Source: an uncultured Lachnospiraceae bacterium (GTDB taxonomy: Bacteria > Bacillota > Clostridia > Lachnospirales > Lachnospiraceae). From it: a DNA stretch of 64,000 nt. Under the pieces are notes generated by a model. The model did no database searches, was not told where the DNA came from, and worked only from the letters and a program-made list of their open reading frames with translations. Position numbers and translations under genes: made by a program. Location of the stretch: the NCBI GenBank assembly GCA_900315495.1, contig OMZJ01000115.1:29109-93108 (forward strand). The letters run 5' to 3'. Below, in pieces: positions 44,172-53,322 of this stretch; the first letter of the stretch is position 1, and each line of letters opens with the position of its first letter.

Positions 44172-46466
44172 ATGCGTGAAAAGCTCGAATCATTCTCCAT
44201 TATTGCCCTGAGACGGATCGCAAAAGCTCTCGGCATCAAAATGATCACATCCTATCGCAAGGCTGATCTGATTGAACGGATCATGGAAGCCGCGGAGGCA
44301 CAGGGGAAAACCTGGTATTCCGTGGACACAGGAACCTTTATCGCCCCGCCGGCCGATTCTGCCGACGGCTCCGCTCCCTCCTCCGAAAACAAGCTTGCTG
44401 CCGCACCGAAACCGCAGGTTTCCGGCACTGTCCGCACATCAGCCGATGGTTCCCGCGCTGACAATGGCGTCGGTGTAAATTTTATATCCGTAAAATCCAC
44501 TGTGGCTGACAAGGTCACCCCCGGCGTTGCCGCAGCAAAGGCTCCGGCAGCCGCCGCCCCCGCAGCGGCATCTTCGGCAGCAGCGGACACCAGAACGACT
44601 TCTGCCGCAGCCGGAACAGATGCGGCCGGAACAGGGACTGCCGCAAAGCCGGCTCCCGCTTCCACCGTACAGACGGGAAAGCGGGAAATCCGCCACACCG
44701 GGACACCGGTCATTCATCAGGGGCGCTCGTCCTCGGGTCTGTCCGGCGCAGCCGATGCGGCCAGCCAGCCCCGCAGGCATCATGTGGTGCAGAACAACCG
44801 CTACTACCACACCAGATATGAGAACAATCCCCCGCAGACAGCAGCGGAGGCTTCCGAAATCGAGCAGGAAATTCAGCGCCCTGCAGCACCTTTCGCATCT
44901 GCGGGTGCCGGATCCCTGACGGGAAAAGATGTGCCGCGGACAGACACGGTTCCTTCGGATTACCGGGATCCCCATTCCTCCCGCTACTGGCAGGATTCGC
45001 GGGAATCCTCCGGCCGTACCGCTGCGGCAGGCCGCAGCGATTACGCTGAAAGCCGGTATGAATCTTCCGGAAGATACGGCTATTCCGACGGATCCGGCCG
45101 GTATGCTTCCCCGGACAACCGGTACGAGCCGCAGAGCGGCCGCTACAGTGACACGCCGTCCGGCCGCAGCAGTGAGTACAGCGGCGGATACGGCGGCCAG
45201 ACCCGGTACAATGAGCCGGCGGCAAATGCGGGCTACGGCGCCTTTTCCTCTTATGGGCCCGGCCGTTCCGCGCAGGATATCCTGAGCCGCAGTCCGGCGC
45301 GGGACAGCGCCAGACCTTTCTTCGGGACAGATTCCTTTGCCGCACAGGGCAGCTCCGAAACGGCACACGGCGTGCTGGAAATCATGTCGGACGGATTCGG
45401 ATTCCTGCGCCCGGACAATTACCTGATGGGACCGAATGACATCTACGTGTCCCCCGCGCAGATCCGCAAATTCAATATGCGGACCGGCGACATCATTGAC
45501 GGCATCAAGCGGCCGAAGGCACAGGATGAGCGCAATGCTGCCCTGCTGTACGTGACTTCGATCAACGGGGAAAAGCCGGAGGATTCGGTCAGCCGCGTCG
45601 ATTTTGAGGATCTGACCCCCGTGTTCCCGCATGAGCGCATCCGCCTGGAGCGCACGGGCGGTCCTCTCTCCCTGCGCATTGTGGATCTGGTCTGTCCGAT
45701 CGGCAAAGGCCAGCGCGGTATGATTGTGTCGCCGCCGAAAGCCGGAAAGACCACACTGCTGAAGTCGATCGCGCTGGCGGTGGAAAAGAACTGCCCGGAT
45801 ATCCACCTGATGATTCTTCTGATCGACGAGCGACCGGAGGAGGTCACCGATATGCGCGAGAGCATTGCCGGGGACAACGCCGAGGTCATCTATTCGACCT
45901 TCGACAAGAGCCCGGAGAACCACCGGCGCCTGGCAGAGATGGTGCTCGCCCGCGCGAAGCGGATGGTGGAGCAGAAAAAGGATGTCTTCATCCTGCTGGA
46001 CAGCATCACGCGGCTCGCACGCGCATGCAATGCCGTATCCGAGGGAACCGGACGCACACTCTCCGGCGGTCTGGACCCGCAGGCGCTCAGCATGCCGAAG
46101 CGCTTTTTCGGCGCCGCGCGCTGTATGCGGGAGGGCGGCAGCCTGACGATTCTCTCGACCGCACTGGTGGAAACCGGCAGCCGCATGGACGACGTGATCT
46201 TCGAGGAATTCAAGGGAACCGGAAACATGGAGCTGGTGCTCGATCGCCGGCTCTCCGAGCGCCGGATCTTCCCGGCGATTGACGTCACCCGCTCCAGCAC
46301 AAGGCGGGAGGATCTCCTGCTCTCCCCGGAGGAGCAGGAAGCCGTCAATCGGATGCGCCGTTCGCTGGCGTCCCTGAAGCCAGAAGAGGCCATGAAGACC
46401 GCACTGGCGCAGTTTAACCAGACAAAAACCAACGCTGATCTGGTGCGTGCTCTGGCGGAGAAATAA
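44172..46466 (+). CDS. rho: Transcription termination factor Rho with a large N-terminal insertion domain
   Basis: Rho_N reads LRRIAKALGIKMITSYRKADLIERIMEAAE. About 350 aa of low-complexity sequence follow. Then come the OB/RNA-binding domain (GVLEIMSDGFGFLR), Walker A (PPKAGKTTLL), and the Q/R-loop region ARACNAV...GRTLSGGLD. Confidence 0.95.
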   Translation: MREKLESFSIIALRRIAKALGIKMITSYRKADLIERIMEAAEAQGKTWYSVDTGTFIAPPADSADGSAPSSENKLAAAPKPQVSGTVRTSADGSRADNGVGVNFISVKSTVADKVTPGVAAAKAPAAAAPAAASSAAADTRTTSAAAGTDAAGTGTAAKPAPASTVQTGKREIRHTGTPVIHQGRSSSGLSGAADAASQPRRHHVVQNNRYYHTRYENNPPQTAAEASEIEQEIQRPAAPFASAGAGSLTGKDVPRTDTVPSDYRDPHSSRYWQDSRESSGRTAAAGRSDYAESRYESSGRYGYSDGSGRYASPDNRYEPQSGRYSDTPSGRSSEYSGGYGGQTRYNEPAANAGYGAFSSYGPGRSAQDILSRSPARDSARPFFGTDSFAAQGSSETAHGVLEIMSDGFGFLRPDNYLMGPNDIYVSPAQIRKFNMRTGDIIDGIKRPKAQDERNAALLYVTSINGEKPEDSVSRVDFEDLTPVFPHERIRLERTGGPLSLRIVDLVCPIGKGQRGMIVSPPKAGKTTLLKSIALAVEKNCPDIHLMILLIDERPEEVTDMRESIAGDNAEVIYSTFDKSPENHRRLAEMVLARAKRMVEQKKDVFILLDSITRLARACNAVSEGTGRTLSGGLDPQALSMPKRFFGAARCMREGGSLTILSTALVETGSRMDDVIFEEFKGTGNMELVLDRRLSERRIFPAIDVTRSSTRREDLLLSPEEQEAVNRMRRSLASLKPEEAMKTALAQFNQTKTNADLVRALAEK

Positions 46467-46491
46467 CCCTGCCGGAATTTTCACGGATATC

Positions 46492-46535
46492 AAAAGGAGC
46501 CGGCGGCAGATAAAAACTGCCGCTGGCTCCTTTTT
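46492..46535. terminator. Rho-independent terminator between convergent rho and aroD
   Basis: AAAA-GGAGCCGGCGGCAG-ataaaaa-CTGCCGCTGGCTCC-TTTTT: 14 bp with one G-U pair. Confidence 0.8.
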
Positions 46536-46548
46536 CTTCTGCCGCCGT

Positions 46549-47313
46549 TCAGATTCCCGCTTCCCGCAGTTTTTCCATGGCCGCGCGGAGGCGCCAGGCA
46601 TCCGGCTGTCCCGGAGCGCTTTCCGCACCGAGCGTTCCAAATGTCAGCACAGATCCCGTCAGGGCGCCGGTTACCCGGCTGATCATCCCCGTTTTCCCCA
46701 TGGACATCGTGATCAGGCGCTGATCCGGCAGCGCGCGGTGAACCTTTTCCGTCACCGCCATCAGCCTGCACACATCCGAAAAATCCTTCGGCATGACAGC
46801 CAGCTTTGCAAAATCTGCCCCCAGACGGTTCATGGCAAACAGAATCTCCTCCATCCTGTCATCCGCGGGCGTCTCCGAAAAGAAATGTCTGGAGAGGATG
46901 AGCTCTGCTCCCGCCCGGCGGACGCAGACCAGGGTCTTCCGAACCGCCTCTTCGCCCCGCGACAGCTCACAGTCCACCAGGTCGGCGCCGGCCTCTGCCG
47001 CTGCCGCGGCGAGGTGCACGAACTGGTCCGCGCTGTAGTCCGCCTTTCCCCCTTCCCCGGTCGACCGGATGGTAAAAATCAGGGGTTTGTCCGCAAGAAT
47101 ATTCTTCAGCTCCGCGGTTTCGGCGCGGACCGTCTGCTCCGAAAGGTTCCCGCCGAACCAGTCTGCCCGCCACTCGGCGGCATCCGCACAGGATGCATCG
47201 CGGATGGTCCGGGCAGAAGCGGCCAGCGCCTCCCGGCTGTCCGCCGTCATCGGAATGCAGATTTCGGGAAGGCCGGTACCGGCATATAAGTTCTTTCCTT
47301 CTTTTCCCAGCAC
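46549..47313 (-). CDS. aroD: 3-dehydroquinate dehydratase, type I
   Basis: ICIPMTADS, AAEWRADW, IFTIRSTGEGG, ELILSRH, AKLAVMP (Schiff-base Lys), ITMSMG. There is no in-frame ATG near the expected N-terminus. I propose GTG 47313 (alternative TTG 47322); the start is uncertain. Confidence 0.82.
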   Translation of the reverse strand: MLGKEGKNLYAGTGLPEICIPMTADSREALAASARTIRDASCADAAEWRADWFGGNLSEQTVRAETAELKNILADKPLIFTIRSTGEGGKADYSADQFVHLAAAAAEAGADLVDCELSRGEEAVRKTLVCVRRAGAELILSRHFFSETPADDRMEEILFAMNRLGADFAKLAVMPKDFSDVCRLMAVTEKVHRALPDQRLITMSMGKTGMISRVTGALTGSVLTFGTLGAESAPGQPDAWRLRAAMEKLREAGI

Positions 47314-47753
47314 CTGCTGCAATCTCTCTTTCTGACACTGCGAAACAGCCGCAGTATCGCTCTCTGTCCCACGGCGCTGACAAGGTCGACGCCGGCTGCG
47401 TTCCACGCACCAGGATAAACACCGGCGGACTCCGGAACGGCCCCGCGTGTGCCTTTGCACAGCTGCCTGCGGAAACTTCGCTCCGCCTGAATCAGAAATG
47501 TGCGGGAGCAATCCTTTCCGGCTCCCTCACGGAGCGCCGGGCGAATTGTCCCCGCACATGGCAATGATCTTATGAAAAACCCAGGGTGCCGTTCTGCAAA
47601 TTTGACTCCCAGCAAATCTGCCAGGTGGGCAACCGCAATCAGACTTCTGTCTTCCACTCGAAGGAGGCATGACATCCACCAGACAATATTGGAATCCCGT
47701 AATCGTCGTGTAGGATCAAATTAGCGCAGGTATCGCACACTCCAGGCAGGTTC

Positions 47754-47781
47754 AGTATACCATATGCCGTTGAAAAATCAA
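47754..47781 (-). promoter_or_regulatory. Putative extended -10 sigma-A promoter pointing into the non-coding region upstream of aroD
   Basis: Minus strand: TTGATT-16 nt-(TGg)TATACT. The -35 overlaps the stop codon of the carboxypeptidase gene. Confidence 0.5.
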
Positions 47782-49241
47782 GCCTCGTTTCTTCCGTGAC
47801 GGATCATCACCGCCGTCACGAGCAGGCCGCAGAGGACCGCGGCTGCCGCGCCGAGCAGGATGATGATCTGCCGCAGATTCTCCCGGGTGAGCTCCCAGGT
47901 GATATTCTCCGTATCTCTCTGTCCGGCGGCATCGGCCGCCGTGACTGTCACTGCCGCGGCAGTCTGCGCCGCATCTGCGTCCGCCGCAGCCGACTGCACA
48001 GCGGCCGCCGAGGACATCTGCACGGCTGCGGAATCAGACGGCTGTACCGCTGCCTCCGTCTCCGCCTCGCTTCCGTCTTCCTGCCCTGCCGCCGCGGCAT
48101 CTTCCGAGCGCGGCTCCGCGGTAGTCGCCTCTGCGGTCTCGTAGGCGGTCTCTGCCGGCTGTCCGCTGTCATCGACGAGATACTGTGACGCCACATAGCA
48201 GATCTCACCGGAATCCTCGATCTGGCTCCAGCCGGCGTACGTGCCCGTGCGGTGCACCCGGTCTCCCTTCTGGAGGGATCCGACCACCGCGGAATAGACG
48301 CTGGCATACTGCCGCATGCGGAGCGAACTGGTGCTGATCGTCACATAGTCATCCCGTTCCTGCTGCACCGGCTCCGGATAAGCCCCCGTCACCTTGCCGT
48401 AGGCGTATTCCAGAAGCGTCTCGGTATCCGTATAGAAACAGGCATTGTCGGACTTCATCACCACGACCACCAGCCGGACATTGTACCGCTCACAGGCGGT
48501 GACCAGGGTTCTGCCCGCCTGCGGCGTGTGTCCGGTCTTTCCGGCAAAGACGCCGGTCTGCCCGCCGTTGGTGATGGTCCCGTTCAGCAGCTGATCCGTG
48601 TTCGTGCATTCCCGCGCGGGATTCTGATTGGTCGCGGGAATCGTATAGTGCACTGTGGAGAACAGCTTTGCAAACTCCGCATTCTTCATGGCGTCCATAA
48701 AAATCATAGCCATGTCATGCGGCGTCGTGTAATGATTGTCGTCATGCAGCCCGTGCGGATTGACGAAATGGCTGTTGACCGCACCTGCCTGCTCTGCCCG
48801 GGCGTTCATGAGGACCGCAAACTGTTCAATACTTCCCGCCGTGTACTCCGCCAGCGCCGCAGCGCATTCATTCGCAGAGCAGAGAACCATCCCGTACAGA
48901 GCATCCCGGACGGTCATGGTCTCCCCGACCGATGCCTTGGGACTCAGGGTGGAGCTGTCCGCCGAGATCCCGTTCACCGCATTCTCTGAGAAGGTCAGCG
49001 TGTCATCCAGGTCATCCACATTCTCCAGGACCACCAGGGCGGTCAGGATTTTGGTGATGCTGGCCGGATACTGCTGCACATCCATGTTCCGGGAGAGCAC
49101 GATCTCACCGGTGTCCATATTCATTGCAATATAACCCTCCGCCTTCACATCGGGTCCGTCCTGCTCTGCATACGCCGGCAGCACCAGCACAAAGAGACAT
49201 GCCAGCACTGCCAGGGCTGACAACAGCTTCTTCTTCATCAT
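47778..49241 (-). CDS. D-alanyl-D-alanine carboxypeptidase (S11, PBP5/6-like) with an SH3-like domain and C-terminal TM anchor
   Basis: Starts at ATG 49241 (SD GGAGGAAAA). The signal peptide is MMKKKLLSALAVLACLFVLVLPAYA. Motifs: SxxK ASITK, SxN CSANE, KTG GKTGHT. An Ala/Glu-rich linker precedes the TM segment IIILLGAAAAVLCGLLVTAVMI. Confidence 0.85.
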   Translation of the reverse strand: MMKKKLLSALAVLACLFVLVLPAYAEQDGPDVKAEGYIAMNMDTGEIVLSRNMDVQQYPASITKILTALVVLENVDDLDDTLTFSENAVNGISADSSTLSPKASVGETMTVRDALYGMVLCSANECAAALAEYTAGSIEQFAVLMNARAEQAGAVNSHFVNPHGLHDDNHYTTPHDMAMIFMDAMKNAEFAKLFSTVHYTIPATNQNPARECTNTDQLLNGTITNGGQTGVFAGKTGHTPQAGRTLVTACERYNVRLVVVVMKSDNACFYTDTETLLEYAYGKVTGAYPEPVQQERDDYVTISTSSLRMRQYASVYSAVVGSLQKGDRVHRTGTYAGWSQIEDSGEICYVASQYLVDDSGQPAETAYETAEATTAEPRSEDAAAAGQEDGSEAETEAAVQPSDSAAVQMSSAAAVQSAAADADAAQTAAAVTVTAADAAGQRDTENITWELTRENLRQIIILLGAAAAVLCGLLVTAVMIRHGRNEA

Positions 49242-49341
49242 TTTTCCTCCACAGATATGGTTTTCCTGCACTCCGCCAGACAGACGGTCTTCGGGCACGC
49301 CGAACATGCGCCGAAAACCGTCTGCCAGTCAGTCTCTCTTC

Positions 49342-50655
49342 TCACCACACGCTGATCGCCCTGCTGTAAAGATCCAGATAGCTGGTACCATCCGGCGTAC
49401 AGACATCAAGCGGTGTGATCACACCCTCATTGGCGTTGATTAATGCGCCGTCTTCGGTGGAATAGCTTGTCACCTGCTGAAAAATCTGCGGCCGGCCGTC
49501 GAGGATTCCCAGATACAGCACCGCGTGGCCTTCCAGCAGCAGGATGCTGCCGGGGCTGCAGGACGCAATGGCCTGGACTTTTTCCTCGCGGGGCATCCCG
49601 GACAATTCCCGGACTGCCGCACCGGTGTATCCCATCTGTACGAAATGCCGCGGCAGGATCACGCCGAAGCACAGAAAGATGGCGTCCAGCGCGGATACGT
49701 TATCCATGCAGCCACCGGTGTCTCCTTCTCCATAGGGCATGTGGAGCAGCCGCTTTGCCGCAAGGACAAAGGAGTCCGCTCCGCCCGACAGATACCCGCA
49801 GCTGACGCTGGCGCTTCTGGCCAGGGAAATCTCCGAAAAATACAGCGTCCCGGATCCGGACACCCGGGGAAGCTCCACCCGATAGCCAGACTCCGTCTCT
49901 TCCGTCACCGGAAGCCTGGTGCCCATCCGAAACGAGACATCCCCGCTGTGGAGCAGCGAATCCGTCACAATCAGGAAACGATCCGAATTCAGATAGGCAT
50001 TCATCTCTTCCCGCGAGCAGAATGCGACCCGGGCAGTCTCCACCCATCCGAAGTCATTGCGGGACTGTACAAAGGACCAGATTCCGTCGGTGGACTGATG
50101 CAGAACAGCCACGCCTTCTCCGATCAGCAGCATGGATTCCTGAAACACATCCGCTGTGCCGGAGGCAGAAACGGAGAGCTTCTTCCAGGTCGGATACCGC
50201 CGGAGCATCGTGTTCGAGGCAATGATGCCATAGCGCAGATTCACCGGATCCGAGACGGCCCCGGCATTTCTCCGGGCAATCACATCGTCCAGATCTCCAT
50301 TCCCGCGGAGCGCACCGTCCAGATAGACGGCATTGTCCGGAATCCCGTAGCTGTCGATTTTCCGCCGGACTTCCCCGGCGGAAATCTCCGTCAGGGATCC
50401 GACATCGACGACCCCGGAGGCGTCAGCCGCCTGCGTGGTCTGGTTGACGGACAGGACCTCGGCGGAAAGCGTCTGCGGCTCCGCCTCGCCCGCGAGGACA
50501 TCCGCCCCACCGGTCCATCCGGCACCGGGGGAGAAGATCAGGCACAGGAGCAGGAGCCATCCCGGAAGGGTCCGCCGCAATGGCCCGTACCGGCGTGTGG
50601 GCAGAGAGACATGCCGCAGGGAAAATCTCCCGCCGCATCTTCGGCTTTTTGACAA
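49342..50655 (-). CDS. Secreted SH3-like plus NlpC/P60-like domain protein (catalytic Cys not evident)
   Basis: The architecture resembles YkfC-type endopeptidases. The C-terminal region reads PYGEGDTGGCMDNVSALDAIF...GSILLLEGHAVLYLG. I propose the TTG 50655 start (AAAGGAGGG 5 nt upstream), which gives a signal-like N-terminus. Confidence 0.55.
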   Translation of the reverse strand: MSKSRRCGGRFSLRHVSLPTRRYGPLRRTLPGWLLLLCLIFSPGAGWTGGADVLAGEAEPQTLSAEVLSVNQTTQAADASGVVDVGSLTEISAGEVRRKIDSYGIPDNAVYLDGALRGNGDLDDVIARRNAGAVSDPVNLRYGIIASNTMLRRYPTWKKLSVSASGTADVFQESMLLIGEGVAVLHQSTDGIWSFVQSRNDFGWVETARVAFCSREEMNAYLNSDRFLIVTDSLLHSGDVSFRMGTRLPVTEETESGYRVELPRVSGSGTLYFSEISLARSASVSCGYLSGGADSFVLAAKRLLHMPYGEGDTGGCMDNVSALDAIFLCFGVILPRHFVQMGYTGAAVRELSGMPREEKVQAIASCSPGSILLLEGHAVLYLGILDGRPQIFQQVTSYSTEDGALINANEGVITPLDVCTPDGTSYLDLYSRAISVW

Positions 50656-50766
50656 AGCGTCCCTCCTTTCCCTATCCAGTGGATCAGGTACCAGCACCGC
50701 TTAGGCGCGGCTGCTTCTTTCCTCCGCTTCGACGAACGGCTTCTTCGGCAGTACAGGCGTGACAGG

Positions 50767-51321
50767 TTATTTCTGCTTTTTCTCCCGGAGCGCGGAAGCC
50801 GCCCTCTCATAGAGGGGACGGAAGAATCGAACGGAAATCCATGCCCAGATCAGGCCCAGCACGGCTCCCGTACAGACATCCGTCGGATAATGGACATAAA
50901 AATACATCCGCGAAAAGGCGATCAGACCGGCCACCGCAAATGCGGCAGCGCCGGCTTTCCGGTTCATCCGCCAGATCACCGCCGCCGAGGCAAACGATGC
51001 CTGGGTATGGCCGGACGGGAACGAATAATCCTTCAGTTCCCGGATGAGAAGCTGTGAGGCCGTCACCAGGGCATCCGGAGAATTATACGGTCTTGGTCTT
51101 GCGACCAGCTGTTTCATGATCACACAGCCGATCACCTGCCCCAGGAGGAGCGCCGTCCCCATGGTCAGGCCCCAGATCCGGGTTTTCGGGAGAATCAGAA
51201 GAATCACTGTGATGGCGATCCAGAACCATCCCGCATTTCCGAGGAATGTAAAAAACTTCATCACTGCATTCAGCCATGGCGTGTGCAGCGACTGTATCGC
51301 GTCAAGAATCGAAATTTCCAT
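50767..51321 (-). CDS. PAP2 family phosphatase (undecaprenyl-diphosphatase / lipid phosphatase-like)
   Basis: The tripartite motif is KQLVARPRP, PSGH, and SRMYFYVHYPTD. The start is ATG 51321 or 51327. Confidence 0.85.
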   Translation of the reverse strand: MEISILDAIQSLHTPWLNAVMKFFTFLGNAGWFWIAITVILLILPKTRIWGLTMGTALLLGQVIGCVIMKQLVARPRPYNSPDALVTASQLLIRELKDYSFPSGHTQASFASAAVIWRMNRKAGAAAFAVAGLIAFSRMYFYVHYPTDVCTGAVLGLIWAWISVRFFRPLYERAASALREKKQK

Positions 51322-51393
51322 GATCATCGCTCCGCATCGATCCATCCTTCAAGGCCGTCAGCATGCCTTCCCCTTTTTCTTTATACCGGATTC

Positions 51394-51422
51394 ATCATAC
51401 CTGACTTGCCCCGGTATGTCAA
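51394..51422 (-). promoter_or_regulatory. Putative sigma-A promoter of the PAP2 gene
   Basis: Minus strand: TTGACA-17 nt-TATGAT. Confidence 0.55.
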
Positions 51423-51601
51423 ACTATTCTGTTTATTCCGTATGTTCGGTATTTTTGTCCATTCCCGGCGGCCGCTGTATCATCCGTTTTCGTCTTTCGG
51501 CCGCCGGATCACCGTTTTTCCCATCGGACTGTTCCCCCTCTGCTCTTCTGCAGGGCTGCTGGGCTGCCGTTTCTTCGTTTCCTTCGAATCCAGGGTTGAC
51601 T

Positions 51602-51630
51602 TTGACACGCCATATTTTATGCGGTATACT
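51602..51630 (+). promoter_or_regulatory. Putative sigma-A promoter of pyrBI
   Basis: TTGACA-17 nt-TATACT, about 60 nt upstream of ATG 51693. Confidence 0.6.
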
Positions 51631-51692
51631 TTGCCGGAATCATGGTGCCATCCGTTATCACAGCGTATCATCTTTACCGGAAAGGAGTATCT

Positions 51693-52601
51693 ATGCGCCA
51701 TCTGCTGAATCCTCTGGACTTCACAGTCGAAGAGACCGAGCAGCTTCTGAATCTTGCAAAGGATATCGAGGAAAACCGATCCCGTTACGCCCACAAATGT
51801 GACGGAAAAGTTCTTGCCACCCTTTTCTATGAGCCAAGCACAAGGACGCGCCTGAGTTTTGAATCTTCCATGCTTCATCTCGGCGGGACCTGTCTTGGCT
51901 TTTCTTCTGCCGGTTCCTCCTCTGCCTCCAAGGGGGAGAGCGTGGCGGATACCATCCGCGTGATCTCCTGCTATGCGGACATCTGCGCGATGCGGCATCC
52001 GAAGGAAGGCGCGGCGAAGGTTGCCTCCCTCCACTCCCGCATCCCGGTGATCAATGCCGGTGACGGCGGCCATCAGCACCCGACCCAGACACTCACGGAT
52101 CTCTACACCATCCGCTCGCTCAAGGGGCATTTTGACAACATCACGATCGGTTTCTGCGGCGACCTGAAGTACGGGCGCACCGTGCATTCCCTGATTGAGT
52201 CGCTGGTCCGCTATCCGAACGTGCACTTCATCCTGATCTCCCCGCCGGAGCTCCGCGTTCCCTCCTATATGCGGGATGATGTGCTGAAGGGGTTTGATTA
52301 CGAGGAAGTCACCAGCCTGGAGGAAGCCCTCCCGAAGCTCGATGTCCTGTACATGACCCGGATTCAGCGCGAGCGCTTCTTCAACGAGGAAGAGTATGAG
52401 CGCATGAAGGACTGCTACATTCTGAACCGCAGCAAGCTTCAGCTGGCGCCGAAGGACTGCCTGGTGCTTCATCCGCTGCCCCGCGTCAATGAAATTTCCG
52501 TCGATGTGGATGACGATCCCCGTGCCGCCTACTTCCGTCAGGTGCAGAATGGGCTGTATGTGCGCATGGCGCTGATCCTGACGCTTCTGGATCTGGCATA
52601 A
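51693..52601 (+). CDS. pyrB: Aspartate carbamoyltransferase catalytic subunit
   Basis: [44 protein letters not shown]. Starts at ATG 51693 (SD GGAAAGGAG). Confidence 0.95.
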   Translation: MRHLLNPLDFTVEETEQLLNLAKDIEENRSRYAHKCDGKVLATLFYEPSTRTRLSFESSMLHLGGTCLGFSSAGSSSASKGESVADTIRVISCYADICAMRHPKEGAAKVASLHSRIPVINAGDGGHQHPTQTLTDLYTIRSLKGHFDNITIGFCGDLKYGRTVHSLIESLVRYPNVHFILISPPELRVPSYMRDDVLKGFDYEEVTSLEEALPKLDVLYMTRIQRERFFNEEEYERMKDCYILNRSKLQLAPKDCLVLHPLPRVNEISVDVDDDPRAAYFRQVQNGLYVRMALILTLLDLA

Positions 52602-52711
52602 GTCCGGCAGGAATCCGGGCGGCGCGCAGGTCTTTCCGCCTGACGTACTGCCGCCTTTCACCGGCTGCCGGCCCGCGGGCCGGGAGCCGCATCATTTGGA
52701 AAGGATGAATC

Positions 52712-53146
52712 ATGTTAAGCATCAGCGGAATTACAAACGGTATTGTCCTCGATCACATTCATGCGGGCCGGGCCGCAGTCGTCTATCACATGCTCCATCT
52801 GGAACGCCTGGACTGCCCGATCGCCATCATCTACAATGCCCGGAGCAGCAAGATGGGGAAGAAGGATATCATCAAGCTGGAGACCTCGGAGGATGTGCTG
52901 AACATCGACGCGCTGGCCTTCATCGATGACGGGATCACCATCGACTATATCCGGGACGGGCAGATTGTCCGCAAGCAGAAGCTGACTCTCCCGAAAAAGA
53001 TCACCGGAATTGTCAAATGCCAGAACCCGCAGTGCATCACCACCATCGAGCAGGGCCTGCCAGACGAATTCGTGCTGACCGACCCGGCCAGACGGACCTA
53101 CCGATGCGTGTACTGCGAGCAGAAGTATCACAAGAGTTTTGAATAA
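52712..53146 (+). CDS. pyrI: Aspartate carbamoyltransferase regulatory subunit
   Basis: ISGITNGIVLDHI, and the C-terminal zinc domain CQNPQCIT...YRCVYCE. Confidence 0.92.
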   Translation: MLSISGITNGIVLDHIHAGRAAVVYHMLHLERLDCPIAIIYNARSSKMGKKDIIKLETSEDVLNIDALAFIDDGITIDYIRDGQIVRKQKLTLPKKITGIVKCQNPQCITTIEQGLPDEFVLTDPARRTYRCVYCEQKYHKSFE

Positions 53147-53170
53147 CCTGTGCCTTTCTCCCACGGCCGC

Positions 53171-53197
53171 AGCCGCGTTCTAGGCGCGCGGCTTTTG
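53171..53197 (+). terminator. Possible terminator of pyrBI
   Basis: AGCCGCG-ttctaggcg-CGCGGCT followed by TTTGC. Confidence 0.45.
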
Positions 53198-53246
53198 CAG
53201 ATCTCCTTCGGCCGGTCTCCGGCGGAAGGCGGAAAACCGATTCCGG

Positions 53247-53299
53247 CACACAAAGGTAAACGAGGCCCCCGCGGAACGAATCGTCCCGCGGGGGCCTCG
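53247..53299 (-). terminator. Terminator hairpin after the G3E GTPase pair
   Basis: CGAGGCCCCCGCGG-(11 nt)-CCGCGGGGGCCUCG (14 bp), followed on the minus strand by UUUACCUUUGUG. Confidence 0.6.
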
Positions 53300-53322
53300 T
53301 AGTTCCCGCTTATGGTTTCCAG

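Noticed and set aside
44439-46640. 733-aa - strand ORF opposite rho.
   Set aside because: It is antisense to rho, including its canonical ATPase domain. The composition is Arg/Gly/Cys-rich.
47675-47681. UCCACCA on the + strand in the aroD upstream region, considered as a possible tmRNA or tRNA-like 3' end.
   Set aside because: There is no T-arm (GGUUCGAnUCC), no acceptor-stem partner and no tag-peptide reading frame nearby. The adjacent AAGGAGGC-AUG has an SD-to-start spacing too short for a real small ORF.
51631-51692. I looked for a PyrR-binding attenuator upstream of pyrB.
   Set aside because: The leader is only about 55 nt. It lacks the ARUCCAGAGAGGYU binding loop and any terminator hairpin.
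51480-52661. 393-aa - strand ORF opposite pyrB.
   Set aside because: It is antisense to pyrB, which carries the STRTR and HPLPR motifs. It has no motifs of its own.
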